A program made the translations under genes and the position numbers. DNA of 64,000 nt from Lingula anatina (taxonomy: Eukaryota > Animalia > Brachiopoda): assembly GCA_051362555.1 (NCBI GenBank), contig CM120643.1, positions 2,418,001 through 2,482,000 on the forward strand. Direction: 5' to 3'. The notes under the pieces were generated by a model. It was not told the DNA's origin and did no database searches. It saw only the letters and a list, made by a program, of their open reading frames with translations. Below, piece after piece: positions 13,158 through 28,727 of the stretch. The number at the start of each line of letters is the position of its first letter. Position 1 is the first letter of the stretch.

Positions 13158-14325
13158 AGCAAGTGATTACATATCATAGAAATCATCTTCACAAACATCA
13201 AGTCAACTTTGCCATAATCTCACGGGCCCTCGTGCTAGCCTCTTATCACTGGAGTGAGAAGATTAAATTTTGAATAATAATAATAATAATAATAATTAGT
13301 AAAAATAAGATTCTACAAGTTGACCCAAAGAACGAAAAGAAAAATAACGCACCTGAAAACAGCTAGCTGACCTCTAAATGGAGTTTTGATTGATCCAGTT
13401 GTTTTAAGCTAAGATTTACATCACCCCCTGACATCAGTGCAACTGAAAAGGCATTGGGAAAGGCTGAAAAGTAGTATGAGATTTTACATAGAGAAAGAGA
13501 GAGAAGAGGGTGAGAAAAAAGGGAGAGAGAAAGAAGAGGGAGAGAAAAGAGAGAGAAGAGGGAGAGAGCAGGGGGAACGTGAGACATCAAAAAAAAAAAA
13601 AAAAAAAAAGAGAGAGAGAGGGGGAAGGGATTATCTAAACGTGGTGATTAAACGGCTGGTTTATTGGAGATAAACCAACATATGTTCTCTTGAAGACGTA
13701 TGTACAAGTTGGATAATCATCCAGAGTACTCTTGCGTGTGAAAAAAAACCGAGATAACATAAAATAACCCAAGATAACACGATTTCTTTGCCAATCGCGT
13801 GCCGACCGTCGAGCCATGTGCTACAGGTGCAATTAGGGGAACAGGTCGAGCTGTAACATATACACGTAATTAAACCAGCACTAAAACCACCCAAAGCAAA
13901 AAACCCATGTATATAAATGCTAATTCAATTTTTCTGACGTCAATTATCACTTCTGTATTTTGATATGGGCGTCAACAACGCTAACACTTATCAGAGTTGG
14001 CCGTCATCTTGTGACTATACGTGTAGCAGCACGTGAGAGCGTATTTGCCTGGTGAACTGAAAAAAATAAAACATGTCATTTTGTAATGTCAATCTATTAC
14101 CTATTTGTAATCAAGACAATGCAGCAGGATATAGAATTATAAGGGTGAACTTCAGACGTGACATAATCTGGATATACAAGATATCGCCACGAAAGATGAC
14201 AGTAGAATAATTGCTTATAAATGTCACATGATGTATTATGTATTATCATAACTTATTTAGTTGTTATTTAGTTTAGGGTTGTACAATAAGGTAGCAATAT
14301 GCTGCCTTTACCCTTTTTATTGCAA

Positions 14326-14356
<31 letters not shown>

Positions 14357-14474
14357 ATGAAAAAAACGAGACACGCATACAGAGGGGTAACTGCAATTCA
14401 TCCCAAACATCAGACATAAAAACCCGAATGCAGACTCCCGATCTAAGGCCGTTCAATTAAAATAGTTTACTTTA

Positions 14475-14522
<48 letters not shown>

Positions 14523-15460
14523 AGATCTCAAACAAACTATAACGAAGTCTACCGGTGCTACCCCTACTTTCATTTCAGGGATTGAGCATGATGTATTAAT
14601 AAAGAGTGCTTTGGTGGTTTTCAAATCGGTCCATCTCTGTAATTTTTTTTTCGTAATATCTACGGCGGATTTGAAATTAAATTCCCTTGGATAGATGATT
14701 TGTTAAACGCTGTGAACCTAGGGTTTGGTCTATAATAATGCAAGCCTATTTTGGGAAGAATGATAAGGCGACAGCTTGTTATTTCTCCCACAAAGTCCAC
14801 TATATTTAGACACAAATCTAATCACGGTCAATTATTACTAATGTAGGAAATCAATTGATTGTCTGTTCAGGATTGATAAGACAGTGATCACGGCGGGGTA
14901 TCGTTTATTCCGGATAAACATGAAATGAAAAATACTAAAAATATCACGTTCTTGAAACGAATATAAGACACCACTGTTTGAAATGGTGTTAGAAGATAAG
15001 GATCAATCTAAATGATGGATGAAAATTAGTTGTATGAAATCAAAAAATATGACAGAATGAAGGCTTGTGTGACATCTACACATTTAAAGGACATCCCTTC
15101 GTCTGACAACGGAAGATGTAATTGTTTCAGAGATTTTTCAACATGAATAACAAACACTTGTCCGCCTACAAAAGAGCTTATGTTTCATTTTCGAAGAAAT
15201 GAAAATTTTGTTTTTTTCCTCGAGCAATCGTATACAAGGTACTCGTGAAACCGTTCACATCGTCATATAATTAACATCAAATGGGTCTTATGGGGTTAAA
15301 ATTGGATCTTTGCATTGTCATAAGCACTATTAGTTTGTCGACGACGCTACAGATTCTTGTTCTGCCACAAATTTGGCACACGTGCGTTTCCTTAAAAAGT
15401 CTGAGCAAAAGAAATCAGCAGCGACCTTCTCAAACATACACTGTACGCCCTCCCTTCATT

Positions 15461-15496
<36 letters not shown>

Positions 15497-16825
15497 GGTG
15501 TCTCTCTTTCTCTTTCCCTGTCACGCGCACACGCACACACATACATACAAACACACACGTGTTTGCGTGAACACATGCATATGTAATTTACATGCATATA
15601 CATTTACCATATGCACCAATACATACAAGATTAATGTGAAAGTTATGACGCAGGTTCGTCAACCAATACAGTGATGACAGTTTCAAATATCAATATTATT
15701 TCCTGACTCAAACACGAGATCGCGTTCCCACAAAAACGTGTCATCACCAAAAAACTGCAAGCACGCGCATGGACACCTACTGTCACGTGTTGCACGATAC
15801 AAAACAACTCAGCTACCCACGCAGTCAGCTACAGGGTGCGTGTAACTAGCACGGAAGGTGACCAAAAACGTTGAATTAATGCGCAAAACACGCGGAAATC
15901 CTCACAACATGTGGCAAATAACGCAAATGCCTTATCAATTCTTCTTGTGGAAAATGAGTTTTTACTTTAAACATAACCTTCTTTCATAGAATCAGCTGAT
16001 TACATAAAATAAATAATAATAATAAAAATAATAACTTAACTTGCTCCATTTGGCCGATTTTGATCGTGTCTTTCGATGTTTTCCCTTTAATAGCCAATAT
16101 GAACTTCACCTTATTCATTTGGACTAATCAGAGTATTGAAATGCGTTTTTCAATTAAATTTCTTTAATTCTGTTCTTCCCGTAGGAAATAACATACACTG
16201 CAATCGCACGTCATCACGACCCTTTATCGTCATTATAGGACCGCAAGTGAGCTCCATTTTCAAGGTTTTTTTTTAACGAGCAGTAGCACTAATAAATTTG
16301 TTGTAACATCTCATATTTGAAGCAATATATTGGTTAGCTGTGACAAATATTGCTTTATTTCGATGCAGAATTTAGACCATGTCTTCTTAATGCACAGCAG
16401 GTGGTGTGGTTCGCATGATTGCAATATATGCCTGATATACAGCTAAAACCCCACACATTTCCTGTGCTGCCTTACACTATCAGCAATGATGGAATTAATT
16501 GATATTTAAGGATTTATCGGTGATTGCTTTTGCACGTAATCGCATCGAAAAGTAGAGCATCTCATATTTTATCCAAACAGGTAAAACCCCACGCAAATGA
16601 AGCACAATGACCATCTGCACGTGCCTCCTTTTTATCTTGACAAAATGCAAGACGAATGATGTTCAGAATTATCTCATTGCTGGCGTGCCAAATATAAAAC
16701 TCTCTGTTTACAATAACCATAGTGAGAAATGTAAGATACATGAAATATTGACTGTGAAAAATAATAATCAATATAATTATATATACTGGATGTTTTGTTT
16801 CCTTCTCTAAAAATAAAAAAAATTA

Positions 16826-16962
16826 GACGAAAAAATGTTGTACTGAGTGAGCCAGAGTGAAAAATGCTGATTGTCATTTTTAAACCACAACTTTGAAGCG
16901 TGCCGGAATTGTCAAACCAAGAAAAACCCGAAGAGCCACGATACCAACCCAGAACTGATTTA
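16826..16962 (+). repeat. Dispersed repeat (inverted copy at 33499-33640)
   Basis: GAGCCACGATACCAACCCAGAA is the reverse complement of TTCTGGGTTGGTATCGTGGCTC near 33510; flanks also align. Confidence 0.75.
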
Positions 16963-17117
16963 ATCTTTTTAAATAAGAGCTATCACTTTTGAGAGGAGAT
17001 TAAGAATGGAAACAAAACGTGCAATTGCCCTACAGGGAGAACATCTAACACATTCATGGGGAAATTGGTTCCGACTCAGATAAAACACCAAAGGAATATG
17101 TGTCACAGCAGTAAGAC

Positions 17118-17350
17118 TGGGATTCCATGCCTAGATCGATCTAACTGGATCGACCCATCTCCAAGGGGTTTCTCGCTAAATTGCTTTAAGTGTAAACGGC
17201 TCATATGTGTGGCACGCTTACTGAAACTGCTTAACGATAGTTTTAAGTTAACTACCCCCTAACAGCTTCAGTGGGCGCTCGACACATAGTGAGAACCCCC
17301 TTGGAGATAGATCGATCCAAAGTTACTACCTATTCTCTGGGAATGGTCTC
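17118..17350 (+). mobile_element. Diverged family C-related MITE
   Basis: TAGATCGATCTA motifs, GGGGTTTCTCGCTAAATTGC, CAGCTTCAGTGGG and terminal TGGGAATGG. Confidence 0.5.
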
Positions 17351-17378
17351 TCAAACATAGAAACAACTAAAATATGTC

Positions 17379-17584
17379 AAATGAGAATATCTATCGAATT
17401 CCTGGCAAGATTATCTGACTCAGATGGAGTACTAAAGGCATACGTGGCATAACAGATAAATATAGACTCAATTAAAAAGTTAAAACTAGTCCGAGAAATG
17501 GCTAAAATGAGAATAGCTATCGAATTCCTGAAGATTATCTGACTCCGATAGAGCACTAAAAGCATACATTGCATAACAGATAAA
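17379..17584 (+). repeat. Local duplication of ~80 bp
   Basis: AAATGAGAATA.CTATCGAATTCCTG..AAGATTATCTGACTC...GCATAACAGATAAA occurs twice. Confidence 0.8.
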
Positions 17585-19446
17585 CTTGGAATCATCTTAA
17601 CTGTGCCAAAACTAATCAACACTCGGTTAAAAACTACATTGTTGCCAAGTTGCACATATATTTTCATTCTGATTTTACTGACAAGAATTAACCCTAACTG
17701 TTACAAGACTGAAACCACTATAGATGGGAGAGATAAGATTTGGCAGTTTGTGCACTGGTTGATTATGACGAACCAATTTCCTGAGGCGGAGACATGGACT
17801 GGAAATAATACACTGCCGTGCAGAAAATGACAGATCTAGATGAACTGATTAAAATTTGTGACCACAACTTATTCCGGGGCTTTAATGACATTTCATGATC
17901 ACCTGTGCCAATATGAGAAACCGAATTTTATGTCACGGAATGAAAGGAAATGTGCCTGTAACGCTTTACCGCAATTTAACAACAGTGGCGGGAACCTTAA
18001 TGCACAGACACACATATTAATGGTGGAATTTAATTTGACAGTATGCCAAAATGAAAAAAAAAGATATGGCTAGATATGTGAAGAGTTTGATCTTTTTTGA
18101 TCGTGAGGTCTTCTTATTCACACACACACAGACACACACATATGCATGCGTGCACTCAACTCACACATACACATGCACAGGCACACGTACACACACACAC
18201 ACACACACACACACATGCACATCATACAGGATTGACGTAAGAGAACCACTGCACATAGAAACCAAAATCCAATTTCTCCAATCAAGCACAATTAAAGGCC
18301 TGCAGAATCGTATAATTTGCGGGAATTAAATTATTCTAAGCCATGCCAAGTTAACCAATCTCCCCGGTGTATGGGCATGTGTAGTATCTAGCCGTACGTC
18401 AGTCTTGTCTGTATTCCACATGAACATTGAACATATCCATATAGAATCACGTTCTTATGCACGAGTGGGGTGGGGACGGGTGTGTGTTAGGGGTGGTGGT
18501 GGTGGGGGGGGGGGCAAAATATTATCAGCAAAAGCTGTGGCAGTCTTTCTCTCCCCCTCCCCTCCCCACTTATTACTCGCGTCTTTATCTAGGAAGCCTG
18601 GGCCCGTGGATTCCAATGACATGTGCACTGAGCCATATTTAAAAAAAATATTATTTTTTTAAAATAAACAGATATTTTTGTGTTTCAAGTCTCATCTATT
18701 TCTCAAATCGTTGAAAAATGTTCATTTTTAGGGTGTCATTCCCTTGTCTTCCAGCCTGCAATTTGAAAAGAAGAAAATGGAACTCCAATAAAAAATATTA
18801 ACGCAGGGGTTACACAGAACACGAGGCCTACTTGTGTTTCTGTTACTATATTTAATGTGCCTAATCCGTTCAAACACCACCTGGCTGTGATCTCTAAGTA
18901 CAGTCTACATATGTACCTGATATAGCACTGTGTTAATAGCACACAGGTGGATGCTTCGATCTCTTAAGGTCGGACTGCAGGTTGGAGATTTTATCCTAAA
19001 TTAAAGGTCTAAGTTTTTTTATTCCTGTTGCATTCATTTAATGTATCTTCAAAACATCTAATTATGCTTGAACCACAGCTCCAACTTCATCGAGTGACGT
19101 AATATTGGGAATTTTTGGGACAAAAACATCATTTTTGGGACAAAAACATCATCTTCACCCCGGCATCCCTTGATTTATGGAGGCAAGGAATTGAGTTGGG
19201 TTTAACATAAATGATTTGGGCCAAAGGTAACCAAATAACTCACACGAAGTACCTTCTCTCTGCTCTGATCATCTTGATCTTTTCGTAACAAGGTATATTT
19301 ACTTTCTCAGCCGGCATTTCACCTTTTTTTTCTGAGGTATCCCAGAAACAGACAGGCAATGGTATCTTTCATCCAAGACGAGGTATTTAATACAGAAAAT
19401 GTCTATTGTAACCTGGTAACCGATGCAAAGAACATGTGTTAACTAC

Positions 19447-19449
<3 letters not shown>

Positions 19450-19518
<69 letters not shown>
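19450..19518. repeat. (TA)n microsatellite
   Basis: Perfect TA run; another at 26511-26586. Confidence 0.95.
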
Positions 19519-19520
<2 letters not shown>

Positions 19521-20731
19521 CGTCCCGCTGTTTGTGGCAAAGCTATGTCAGAGCACCTGGCGCTAAAAAGCCAGCAAATACCTTACAAGATTTCAGGGAG
19601 GTTAGTTATGATACTGGCTACCGTGTGTTTATAATGAGAGGTCGTTCTACTTAATATCATCATCTGGAGAAACGGCTTGAGATAACGCAAGTTATTTCAG
19701 TGGGATAATACCAAGCGATTAATATGCGAAACAGATTGGCAGGGAAAGGATTAGAAAAGAAAAAAAAACAATAAAAACTAAGAAGTTACACATCAAAAAC
19801 AGATTGGTATTTAGGAAAGGATTCAAGTAAAAAAGATTGAAACCCCGTTAGAGGTACATGTACCAAGGCGTTGAAGACTAATATAAGATTCTGTGAGAGA
19901 TAAGAAAAGGCTTCAGGGAATAAAAACGAGGAAAAAAACTCGGTTAGGAAATACATTGCCATCCGACCAGGCCAGGCGAAGACAAAAAAATAGGTTGCAG
20001 GAGGCGGTTGGAATAGGAAGCTTTCCTGGCTGACACGTATCCGGTACAAGGCACGTGGACAACCCAACAGCGACCCGAGGCAAAATGGTAAGTCTAGGGC
20101 ATAGTTGGATTAGCAGGAAACCCGGAGTTTTAGAAGAAAAGGATAGGTAATAAGAAAATGAACGGTGACCGCCTTGATGCTGCCCTATCCTGACACGAAT
20201 AATCAAGCACCCAATTATGCTCGTTTCTTCCCACCACCCTCCCACACCTACGCCCTGCCCTGAACATGGATGGTACAACTTGAAATATTGATTAACTTGG
20301 CATGGGCTTTTTTATCCGTACGTAAGGAAGGAACCGTCCTAAAGAAACTATTATCTAAATCATAGATGACAGCATTGGTTACCATGACAACATTGGTTAC
20401 CCAAGCCTCGGCCAGACGTGTACATGTTGAATGCATTACCTCCTTGAGTTTTATATTTTCAATCTTAATTTCTAAAAAGTGTTCAAGTCAAGAGCGCAAC
20501 TACAGTTTTAACCAAAACCTTCAAAAGGGAGTGGATCTTTATTGCGGTGAATGTCTCAATTTCAGTGTCATGCAGGGAGCCTTGTCTGAGGCACACTAAA
20601 AATTCAAGATCTCAACCCCAGTGCCATATATTTGGGAAGAAATCCATGACACTGTAGTTTCTGTGTCCACGTAATATTTTGAGTGCACCTCCTATTAATA
20701 GTCTTTAAACCACCGACCACACGCACGCACG

Positions 20732-20770
<39 letters not shown>

Positions 20771-21214
20771 GCACACATGCACACACAGGGAGCTTCCGTT
20801 AACTGCTTTAAAGCCCCATGAAATAAAAACCCAAGCAATTATTCTTCGGTACCAACTTATGGCATGTTTATTGAAAAAGCTCTTGTTTTATTCAGTATTT
20901 ATCAACTGTCTTTTATTTGATTTAGACCAATTGTGTCATATTATATGAACGATGAATCTTTAAAGTAAAACTAACTGAAAAGGTTACTGAAAGCAACGAG
21001 TCCTGGAAATGAAGGAAATTCTAAGTAATTAATCAGAATTTCCATGGAAGCAACTTGTTCTCAGCTGCCTAATAACTACCGGTAGTATGCTTTTCAATTG
21101 CAACCACCAAGGTGACAACCGCATATTACACATCCCACTGGAGCATGATTTCGGCTCATATAGCGGCCCCCGGGCTGTGTCTATACCTCTCAGGCGTACA
21201 TATAGATTCACTCA

Positions 21215-21399
21215 GAGCGCATTCACAACAGCGGTCTAACAGATCCGCGGATCAAATATGACCGACCCACTCCAATGCTTGTTGCCTTATCCCCGCGGGG
21301 TATCTATTCAGAGTCTGATCGGGATTTATGCAACAAGCTTTTTAGTGGGTCGCCGAATTTGTTATGCGAATATGTTGGTCCGCTGTTCTGAATGTGCTC
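21215..21399. mobile_element. MITE family E (long palindromic, Harbinger-like)
   Basis: GAGCGCATTCACAACAGCGG ... CCGCTGTTCTGAATGTGCTC; homologous to 40657, 43497 and 49364. Confidence 0.7.
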
Positions 21400-21777
21400 T
21401 CGGATTGAATTTGCCTCAAGACAAACCCCTCTGATATATTCCCCACGGCAAGTCCCTGGTCGCTCTAGAGCCAGTGAACTGATTCTTTAGCTCTCAGCGT
21501 CCCTGGCGTCACTCAGCTATCATATTAACCGCCCATTACAATAACTCCGTGAGGTCTGCTGCTTGGGTAATCAGATTCAATCTCAATTACTGCTAATACA
21601 GCGTGCTGATGGAGGCCGTTTGACAATATTGGGTTTGAGCTGCATTTTGGTCAGTTAAAGAGCAATAATCGTTTCTGGTGTTAAATTGGCGTGAAGGTGG
21701 TAAAACGTCGTCACCCGCCCACCAAATCGATATGTTGTTTAATTGTTTTAAAGTCATGGTATTGCCTTCTACTGCGT

Positions 21778-21821
<44 letters not shown>

Positions 21822-23159
21822 TACACACACACACACACACACACACATTTATATAGCGCCCAATACGCAAACCTCGACTTTGAGCAACATCTCCAATGCA
21901 CACGCAGTAACAATATTTTTGGGTTCTGCTGCTGGAAAGTGCCAGCTACCGTGAAAGTTATATTGTTTCATTCGATAATCAATTTGCAGCGACACCTTGG
22001 ACCGACAGCAACGTAGTCTATCATACATGTAATTTTGGACGAGTTGGAGGATTAAAAAACGGTTACATAGAGTAACGTACGCGGCCTTCCGTCCGCAGTA
22101 AATACATCGCAACAATTAAATGAATGATACATAACAACAGGTGCGAAAGAATAAGGCCACGTCTATAGGTTTTCCCAGGCCTATTACAACAGTGTGTTTT
22201 TAATACCGTTGCATAGACTGAGTAGCATACATAGTTACACAATGTCAGGGGAAATATTTCCCAGTAACGAATGCTGTGAGTTTACGATACGCTTAATTGT
22301 TCATTAGTTCGGTATATAAATAAACGTGTGCCGAAACGTTGGTGTAGGCACGTCATTGTAAGATAAAAATGGCCTTGATTCAATTACGACTCTTAAATAA
22401 GGTTTCCTATTTTGTTTTGTAATGAGTACAATTAATTCCCGCAGCCGATGTTTGTCTGCTCGGTCTGCTCGTTGCCCACGCTTGCCGCTAAATCTAATTT
22501 CCAGAACCGCATTTGTTGTTAAATAAATGCTGATGACGGTACGGTCTGGGATGAAATGGTTATTATTTTCTTCGCCCAGTGAGTGACGTCCTTCATTACA
22601 ACAGAGAGTGGCCCAATCTCGATTCTTTACTTCTTAATTGTTAAGGCTGGTTAGATACATTGCAGAAAGATTACGCCAGTTGTCATTGAAAGGCACGCTC
22701 TATATTACTTGGTATTGATAAGTAAGCGAAACGGGGTTATACATCTATCTCCTTACTTTTTAAGCGAACCATATACAGGAATTTTAGTTCAAATACCTTT
22801 AACGAATTTGTAGCATTTATAAAGGATGTACATGTAGCATAATACTTTTATGGATATCAAGCCATGTTAGAAAACTTGGGCAAATTATCGGAAACATATA
22901 GACGTTTTCTAAGAGAAATTGAAAGTGAATTTAACCTACCATAAACGTATACAATTGTTTACAGAAAATAAAACACGAAGCACAGTGTATATACAGTGTA
23001 CATGCTATGCAGGAAAAGACATCCCAAAGCTTTCTGCATCAGGCAAACAAATCCACGTAGCGCGCTGCTCGTTGGCAACGCTGTAGCCAGGTTTGAAGAA
23101 GCTCCAGGTGGCCTTATCCGATGAAAGGGCCAACGGGATTCCCCCTTGGGCTAGCCTAA

Positions 23160-23400
23160 GGGCTCATTCCCACTGAAACTATCAGTCTACGTAAAACGAT
23201 CCAACTCCGCGGGGACTATCGCTGAATGCAATCAAATTAAAAGATAAACAAGTTTCCTCTTGTTTCCAACGTTCCCGTATTACTACTACCTTTTCTGTGG
23301 GAGGAAGCATATTATTCTCTTAATCTGATTGAATTAATCGAGAGTCCCTACGGAGTTGGATTGATCTACACAGACCCATAGTTTCATTGGGAATGAGCCC
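23160..23400. mobile_element. Family C-related MITE
   Basis: TIR GGGCTCATTCCCACTGAAACTAT / ATAGTTTCATTGGGAATGAGCCC. Confidence 0.65.
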
Positions 23401-26400
23401 CTAGCCGTGACACAGATCAGGGAGATGCCAGACCAAGTAAGCGTTTTCCATGTCTCATGGTAGTTGTGCAGAGCTTTGACAGAATGATATAAATGAAGAT
23501 CTTTTTGATATCTGTAAAAGTATAAAATTTCCGCTTTATTTGATGGGGTTTTATTCGTAAGCCAGCTAGGATGCAAAGGCTCCCAACTCCCAACTTTCAA
23601 TCTTGTTTATGTTCAATGGTAATATACTGTATTCCAATTGCACAAGAGAGAATGTAATTCAGTTAGGAATCTATCTAATCGAACAGGAGAGATGTCGATG
23701 ACCTTCTCTTTGACCTTTTCTTATCGCGTCAACATCAATCAGATTTCTGATACACTTGCAACTGGGTTTGTACTCATTTTACTGTAAGAAAAATGTACCC
23801 TTTTGACGGGACTCCTAAATAATGAATTAGAATACAGAAAGGAATTGTAATTAAGTCCCTTATAACTGAGCTTTTTTCGTGTGATGATTCGTAGATCGTG
23901 TTTGCTTCTGCTTTTATCTGTTGCTGATAGTATTTGTTTTAGATAGACTGCTAAATTGCCTTCTTTGACAATGTGTAAATTTGTTATATGCATGGATTGG
24001 AATAGTCTAAACCCCAACACCCTCAACTGTGGTATCTCCGCTCCTCGATGTTCCATATGGTTATGCAGACAAGAGTCCTATCTACCGTGAATTGGACTCA
24101 GAAGTGCAAAATGGGTAAAACTACCAACTACCAAGGTGACTTCTCCCTCTTTCACATTTAACTCAAACAGTCAAGATGTGTTTGAAGAGATAAACAAACA
24201 TATATTTACATAAATACACTTAGGTAGTTTCTTGAGATCTGCTTACAATCTGGTTAAAACGTTGGTAATATATCGATCGGCAGTTATCTTGGTGGAATGG
24301 GCTGGTTTGATTGGTTCTTGAAGGAGGTTCGACACGTCATAGAGGCCTACATTTGGTTAAAATGGCTGTCTCCGTTTCTTTATGTGAAATACTGATATCA
24401 GTATCAATGCAATAAAAGTAAACGCATTTAAAGCACAAATGACCTTTACTGTTGCTTTATTCACCTCCACACATACTTCGATCTGCACAGAGAATGGCCG
24501 AGCGTTTTAATTAAAATTGTCAATGTTGCGGCTTTGTAAATGGTATGAGATAAGGACCTGTTTCCGACGTAACTTAGTATAATATATTATCATGAAAATC
24601 ATTTAAATCTCAGTCGACGGCAAGGGCAAAAAATACAACCTTGTGCCTACGTTTGGGCTTTTCAAAATATTAGTCTACATATATTCGTTTTTGAGATATA
24701 CGTAAGCTCATAATGGCGATGGCTCTGTAAAGAAAGACATTTTATAGCCTCCTAACCAATGGAGTCGACAGTAAGCCTTTCAAGAATATTCCTTAACACC
24801 AGATTGTAGTACAAGTTGTTTTAATCGATAGGTGTTAAGACGATGTTGATGGCTGTTCAGGTGAGGAAGATTCGTCTGTATCAATATTACAATTTTCATC
24901 CCAAACAGCTGTTGTCGTGCTATCAATTCGTCTTAGAAAAATTGTCCCCGCTTTTTATTTATTTATTTATTTTTGATGCATCAGCATGATGTCATACTAT
25001 GACGATGTTTATTCTGCATTATCAAAGCCGATAATGAACAAATCAGAACGTACCGAAATCAGTTGCGTACGTCAAAGCAACAAATTAGATCCAGTAAACA
25101 CTTTAGCAACAGATTCACTCTTATATCATCAATTATTATCTTATATCATCAAGGCCAATATGAGTTTATCATTGTCCATTTTTTACAAGCCGACGTAAAG
25201 TAGACGTTCATTAGAATTTTGTGGAGTGGTTTGGTTAAGGTGCAAGTAAATCTTCTGTTTCTTATTTCAGTCCTGCTTGATTGATTCAAGGTAGATATAC
25301 AGTATTTTGCTCGTGTAATACGAACCGATTCAAATACATGTTCCATGCTGACAAATGACTCCTTCTCTTGTTTCGACCGTGATTAAACTGTTTGAAGACG
25401 AATGACAAATATAGTTGATATAAATGGAGTGTTTCAAGATTAACACTAATCACTTCTAAGTCAAGAATCAGTACCTGACATACAAAGCGAACCACCTACG
25501 CCAGAAGAGATCAATTTTGTCGTACCGTTGAATGAAGAGAAAAGGGCATAATAATCAAGTGTCAAAGAGGTCTCCGCAGCCTTCTTTTTCAAAATAACAA
25601 ATGCTCTAGAACATACGACTGATTAGTTTGTAATTTCTTTGACACGGTTCTCAGAGGGTCAGTTATTAATATCAAAATTGTAGAATGCCTGCTTTGGGCA
25701 CGCGAGGCTGACTGATTTAGACGGTTATATATAGGAATGTACATCGAATAATATCTTACAGGAATTAGTTGAGAAAAAAAAGAGAGTTTTTTTTTCAGAT
25801 CAACCTTGGCATAAATAATCAACCTGTAGTCTTTTTATCGTCTCGACATATCTGCACAACAAGTTGCATTCATCCCACGAACTCTGCATGGTTATAAGCG
25901 TAGACAACTGCTCGCATCGTCTGCTTCATTTCGGACAGGAGTTTTTCTTTTTCATTTTTATATTTACCGTTTGCTGTAAAGGCCAGTTTTGCTTTAGATC
26001 ATGTCTTCCATACATAAAAACGGAATTTTCATAGGCTTTATTTCAGAATATTTCGGTAAGACCTGCTATAAGTCAAGAAAACATTGCCAAGAACGTTGAA
26101 ATAGGCTAAACAAAAGCCTTCAAAAGTCTAATTATACTTTCAAAAGAAGCTTGGCACCTGCGTACTTATATGACCTGTCCTTTCCAAGTATGCGTTGGCG
26201 TTTACATGAACTTTGAATGTCACCGGTACAAGAGATCTTTATTTGACAACTGATGCAAAGTAGGCCTACATTTCATTCACACTGTGGGAGTTTGCCAATT
26301 AAAATCTAAATATATACTCTTTTGTGGTTTACCATTTTGAAGCAAAGGGAAATGTTAATAAAAAGAATGCATTGGTGAAAAGTAGATAGATAGTGCCTCG

Positions 26401-26509
26401 TTGACTGAATTATGTGTTTTTGAATGTCTGTTCATTTGCCTGCGCATATTTTTTTGTGTATTTCAATGCGAGTCATACTTTCCAAGTATGTGCAAACACC
26501 AAAAACTTG

Positions 26510-26589
<80 letters not shown>

Positions 26590-26627
26590 GGTATGGTGTG
26601 CGTGACTATAGAGGGACAACTAATCCA

Positions 26628-26784
26628 GGTGTAACGAGAATGTAAGTTTTAGGAATGGAAGTCCGCGGGCTCCCATATGATTAGTATATTGATTAGCTGG
26701 GGTTAGTATATGGGAGGAATGTCACCCTAAGAAAGTAATGGGAAACGGACTACGGTTCCTAGCGGACTTCCCTTCCTGTTACAC
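26628..26784 (-). mobile_element. MITE family D
   Basis: GGTGTAAC ... GGGAAACGGACTACGGTTCC ... TTCCTGTTACAC. Confidence 0.65.
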
Positions 26785-28508
26785 GTCTTTTGCTTTTATG
26801 GCAGTCACCTCTCTGTTATTTATTTCAGTCTCTTTACGTCAATTTACGTTTTTTATCATCATCATTTCCCGTGCTTTTCACCTGCTTGCTTGTTCGATGA
26901 AGTTACAATTGTTCAATATCATATATAGCATATTAAGGGAAGAGAGATGAGACAGTGGACTTTATGCAACTGACGTTGCCACCCTCAGTTTTGGCTTTTA
27001 GAGACCAAGACACAATAGGCAACGTAAAACCATTTTGATTTGTGTGATGTTTTCAAAGGTTCAGGATACAATATATTCTTTATTACATCCAAGAATACAA
27101 ATCTACCACTTAATTTTGTTTTTTGAATGCATTATGTAGTAGACGTAAGTAAAAATAACACGACATTTAAGGTTATCGACTTTAAGGATGTGTTATTAGA
27201 AACTACTTTTGAACAGCCGAAAATAGATTGTCTGCAGGAAAAACATTACTGCAGTAAACCGCATTTTCCAAGTAAAGCTTTCAACGCATGCAAACATAGA
27301 TGTTTTGGCGTTCAGTAAAGCACGCGATTGCTTTTGACAGACGTTTTAGTCTACTTTTAATACTCGCTGCGTCGCTCTTAGGTGGTCATCCCGTGCGGTC
27401 CCTACAGACAATTTCTTACATGTAATCAATAGCAACATCACGGTGTCACCTCTTAATGTTAGTACGACTACTTCCATTAAAAGCACATTTCTTCTTATAT
27501 TTGGGCTATATAACACCCATGATTCAACTAAGCATTGCAGTAGCGTATGGAAGGGCCGCAAACGTTTATGAACTATAGCATTATGAACTCTTATTATTAG
27601 TATTATTTCCTTTTACTTGCTAGTATATTTCTCCTTTGAATGATCGTAATTATACTATTTGAAGTAAACATCAATTTCCTATGAAAGGAAAACTAAGTAA
27701 AGGGCATGCCGTCATAAAATTATAAGAGCATCCTTCTCCAGGAACTTCATTTGCGTCTAAATGTTGCAAAAAACACAAAATAAAACCTATTACTCAATTT
27801 CTGAAATAACAGTTGACTCAGACATATTTCAATTAAACTTCAATTTCTATTGGCAATATGCAAACGTATTGTTATGCCTTTTCAGTATACGATCAACCCC
27901 TGGATAAAATCATTGCTGCTGAGCACAAACAAAGGCAAAACTTGCCCAGGGAACAGAAGGCCAGAGAAAGCCAATTTTTTAAATTTTCACGATACAATGA
28001 TTCGATGTCAGTTATGAAATCTATTTAATCAAACGCGTTGCTGTTACTACGGTAGGAATGAAAATAACAATGGCTGATGCTGCTACGTTAAATGAACCTA
28101 TATACTTATAAAATGATTTTTCGTGACTTTAAGCAGAATGTACCCTGGAAGCATGATGAAACTAGAGTAAGGGGAAATGGAAACGAGCTAGGCCATTTTT
28201 GATTCTATAGAAAGAAAAACAAAAACAGGTTAGATAACATCACTGGAAAGAGCACAATTTGGAGAATAATATGCTTGTGGCGGCATTACCCTTAGGCCTC
28301 TTATTTTGGTTTCGTATACATGTTGATAATATTTTTGTTAGTTTTCTTTATCCTAAAGCTTGGTTCAGTGTCTTGCACTCGCTGTAAATTAATTTTAAAC
28401 AATTGTTGTTGAAAATGTTCAGTACCCTTTTCCAGTCTTGCCAGACCCGGTAGCACCGGTCACGTTTTGGTGGCTAGGAGCCATCTTCGTAATCTGAAAC
28501 AAATATAA

Positions 28509-28727
28509 GGGGCCATTCCCACACCCTATCTTACTAACAAGATCGGTCTATGTCCGAGGGGTTTCTCGCTAAATTGCATTTAGTTTAAGCGCGCAAAAAA
28601 TTATCCCCTTGCAGCTTCAGTGGGTAGGACAGACATTTTTAGCCTCTTAAACTGAATGCAATTTAGCAAGAATCCCCTCCCCTTAGATCGATCCTGCTAG
28701 TACGATAGGTTTATGGGAACAAAGTCT
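28509..28727 (+). mobile_element. Family C-related MITE
   Basis: GGGCCATTCCCA start, GGGGTTTCTCGCTAAATTGC core, TAGATCGATC ... ATGGGAA end. Confidence 0.55.

Noticed and set aside
19790-20215. Possible degenerate LINE C-terminus on the minus strand (RVRIG..SYLSQ..HVPLT..FLLE..PKY)
   Set aside because: Too fragmentary to call; noted because it overlaps and weakens the ATG|GT candidate at 20085
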